From Mobula hypostoma (Eukaryota): a stretch of 64,000 nt of DNA. Both the position numbers and the translations under genes were made by a program. Of the stretch, positions 61,666-64,000 are shown in pieces. A model generated the notes under the pieces. The model worked only from the letters and a program-made list of their open reading frames with translations, had not been told where the DNA came from and did not search any database. The DNA lies in NCBI RefSeq assembly GCF_963921235.1, contig NC_086097.1:255690001-255754000 (forward strand), in the 5' to 3' direction. Numbering within the stretch: the first letter of the stretch is position 1; every line of letters begins with the position of its first letter.

Positions 61666-62820
61666 TTGTGGGGGAATCTCACTGAAACCTACTGAATGCT
61701 GAATGGACTAGATAAGGTGGAAGTGGAGAGGATGTTTCTTACGGTGGGGGTATCCAGAACTAGAAGGCACAGCCTCAAAATTGAGGGGTGACCTTTTAGA
61801 AGAGAGGTAAGGAGGAATTTTTTTAGCCAGAGAGTAGCAAATCTGTGGAAAGCTCTGCCACAGACTGTGGTGGAGGCCTACTCCATGGGTATATTTAAGG
61901 TGGAAATTGATTCCTAATCAGTCAGAGCTTCAAAGGATATGGCAAGAAGGCAGGTGCATGGGTTGAATGGGATCTGGAATCAGCCATGACAGAATGGTGG
62001 AGCAGGGTCAATGGGCCAAATTCTGCTGCTGTGTCTCATGGTCAAGTTCAAACGTCTGACAAAAATCAATGTAGACAACATCGGCTGCCCTCTCATCACC
62101 CTGTCAAAAAACTCAGTCAAATTGGTAAGGCATGATCTGGCACGCAGAAAGCCATGCTAACTTTTCCTAATGAAGCGATGCATTTCCGAATGCTCATATA
62201 TCCAATTCCTTAGGACATTTTCCAGCAATTTCTTTACAACTGATGTGAGGCTCACCGGTCTATAGTTCCCAGGATTTTTTCCTGTCCTCTTCATAAACAG
62301 AGGTACAACATTAGACACTCGCCAGTCCTTCAGGACCTCAACTGTAGCTAGAGAGGACACAAAGATACTGGTTAAGAGACCAGCAATCTTATCTCTTACC
62401 TCCTTCAGTAACCTGGGGTGAATCCTATTAGGCCCTGGGGAACTATCCATGAGACCATAAGATATAGGAGCAGAATTAGGCCAATTGGCCCATCTAGTCT
62501 GCTCCACCATTTTATCATGGCTGATCCACCTAGTATGCACCACCATTTTATCAAAGCTGAAAGAAGATACGAGGTTGCTTTGGCAATTAAGGTGAAAATA
62601 AATCCCAAGGGTTTCTACCATTATATTAACAGCAAAAGGATAGTGAGGGATAAAATTGGTCCCTTAGAGAATCAGAGTGGACAGCTATGTGTGGAGCCAA
62701 AAGAGATGGGGGAGATTCTGAACAATTTCTTTTCTTCGGTATTCACTAAGGAGAAGGATATTGAATTGGGTAAGATAAGAGAAACAGGTAGGGAAGTTAT
62801 GGAAACTATGATGATTAGAG
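61666..62820. mobile_element. Mosaic of CR1 fragments: + 61666-62045; - 62045-62530; + 62555-62820 (subfamily D)
   Basis: Residual motifs NYRPVSLTS and KINPKGFY. Confidence 0.8.
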
Positions 62821-64000
62821 AAACATAGAAACATAGAAAATAGGTGCAGGAGTAGGCCATTCACCCCTTCGAGCCTGCACCACCATTCGGTATGATCATG
62901 GCTGATCATCCAACTCAGAACTCTGTACCTGCCTTCTCTCCATACCCCCTGATCCCTTTAGCCACAAGGGCCATAAATATAGCCAATGAACTGGCCTCAA
63001 CTGTTTCCTGTGGCAGAGAATTCCACAGGTTCACCACTCTGTGTGAAGAAGTTTTTCCTCATCTCGGTCCTAAATGGTTTCCCCTTTTATTCTCAAACTG
63101 TGACCCCTCGTTCTGGACTTCCCCAACATTGGGAACAATCTTCCTGCATCTAGCCTGTCCAATCCCTTTAGAACTTTATATGTTTCAATAAGATCTCCCC
63201 TCAATCTTCTAAATTCCAGACCTTATAAGCCTAGTCGATCCAGTCTTTCATCATCCTGCCATCCCAAGAATCAATCTGGTGAACCTTCTTTGTACTCCCT
63301 CTATGGCAAGAATGTCTTTCCTCAGATTAGGAGACAAAAACTGCACACAATACTCCAGATGTGGTCTCACGAAGACCTTGTACAACTGCAGTAGTACCTC
63401 CCTGCTCCTATACTCGAATCCTCTTGCAATGAATGCCAGCATACCATTCGCCTTTTTCACCGCCTGCTGTACCTACATACCCACTTTCAATGACTGGTGT
63501 ACAATGACACCCAGGTCTTGTTGCACCTCCCCTTTTTCTAATCGGCCACCATTCAGATAATAATCTGTTTTCCTGTTTTTGCCACCAAAGTGGATAACCT
63601 CACATTTATCCACATTAAATTGCATCTGCCATGAATTTGCCCACTCACCTAACCTATCCAAGTCACCCTGCATCCTCTTAGCATCCTCCTCACAGCTAAC
63701 ACTGCCACCCAGCTTCGTGTCATCCGCAAACTTGGAGATGCTGCATTCAATTCCCTCATCCAAGTCATTAATATATATTGTAAACAACCGGGGTCCCAGC
63801 ACTGAGCCTTGTGGTACCCCACTAGTCACTGCCTGCCATTCTGAAAAGGTTCCGTTTATTCCCACTCTTTGCTTCCTGTCTGCCAACCAATTCTGTATCC
63901 ACATCAATACTATACCACCAATACCGTATGCTTTAAGTTTGCACATTAATCTCCTGTGTGGGACCTTATCAAAAGCCTTTTGAAAATCCAAATATACCAC
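62820..64000 (-). mobile_element. CR1 subfamily B 3' part, continuing beyond the window
   Basis: (TTTCTATG)n tail at 62820-62840. RT ORF 63473-64000 is nearly identical to 48900-49440. Confidence 0.95.

Overview
Vertebrate genomic DNA, probably from a cartilaginous fish such as a ray. This is inferred from the repeat repertoire and not confirmed. Nearly all of the 64 kb is nested transposable-element sequence in both orientations, and I can support no host protein-coding gene. CR1-clade LINEs dominate, in at least six subfamilies that I label A-F. They include one full-length but mutated copy (21314-25548) and one young copy with an uninterrupted RT frame (48334-50690). Also present are Rex1/Babar LINE fragments, two Penelope-like elements (GIY-YIG domain, minimal hammerhead motifs), a Gypsy pol remnant with a 92-bp LTR, a BEL/Pao gag remnant, solo LTRs, a Charlie/hAT non-autonomous element, a Tc1 TIR fragment, a truncated 7SL RNA copy fused to a CR1, and two unassigned A-tailed insertions. 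The strongest signal is at the CR1 ORF1/ORF2 junction. All six junctions in the window carry the canonical -1 slippery heptamer T_TTA_AAC in the ORF1 frame, directly before the ORF1 stop in five of them. A conserved G-rich block follows, and ORF2 lies in the -1 frame. In two copies traced codon by codon there is no ATG ahead of the endonuclease domain. This suggests CR1 ORF2 is made as an ORF1-ORF2 fusion by programmed -1 ribosomal frameshifting.
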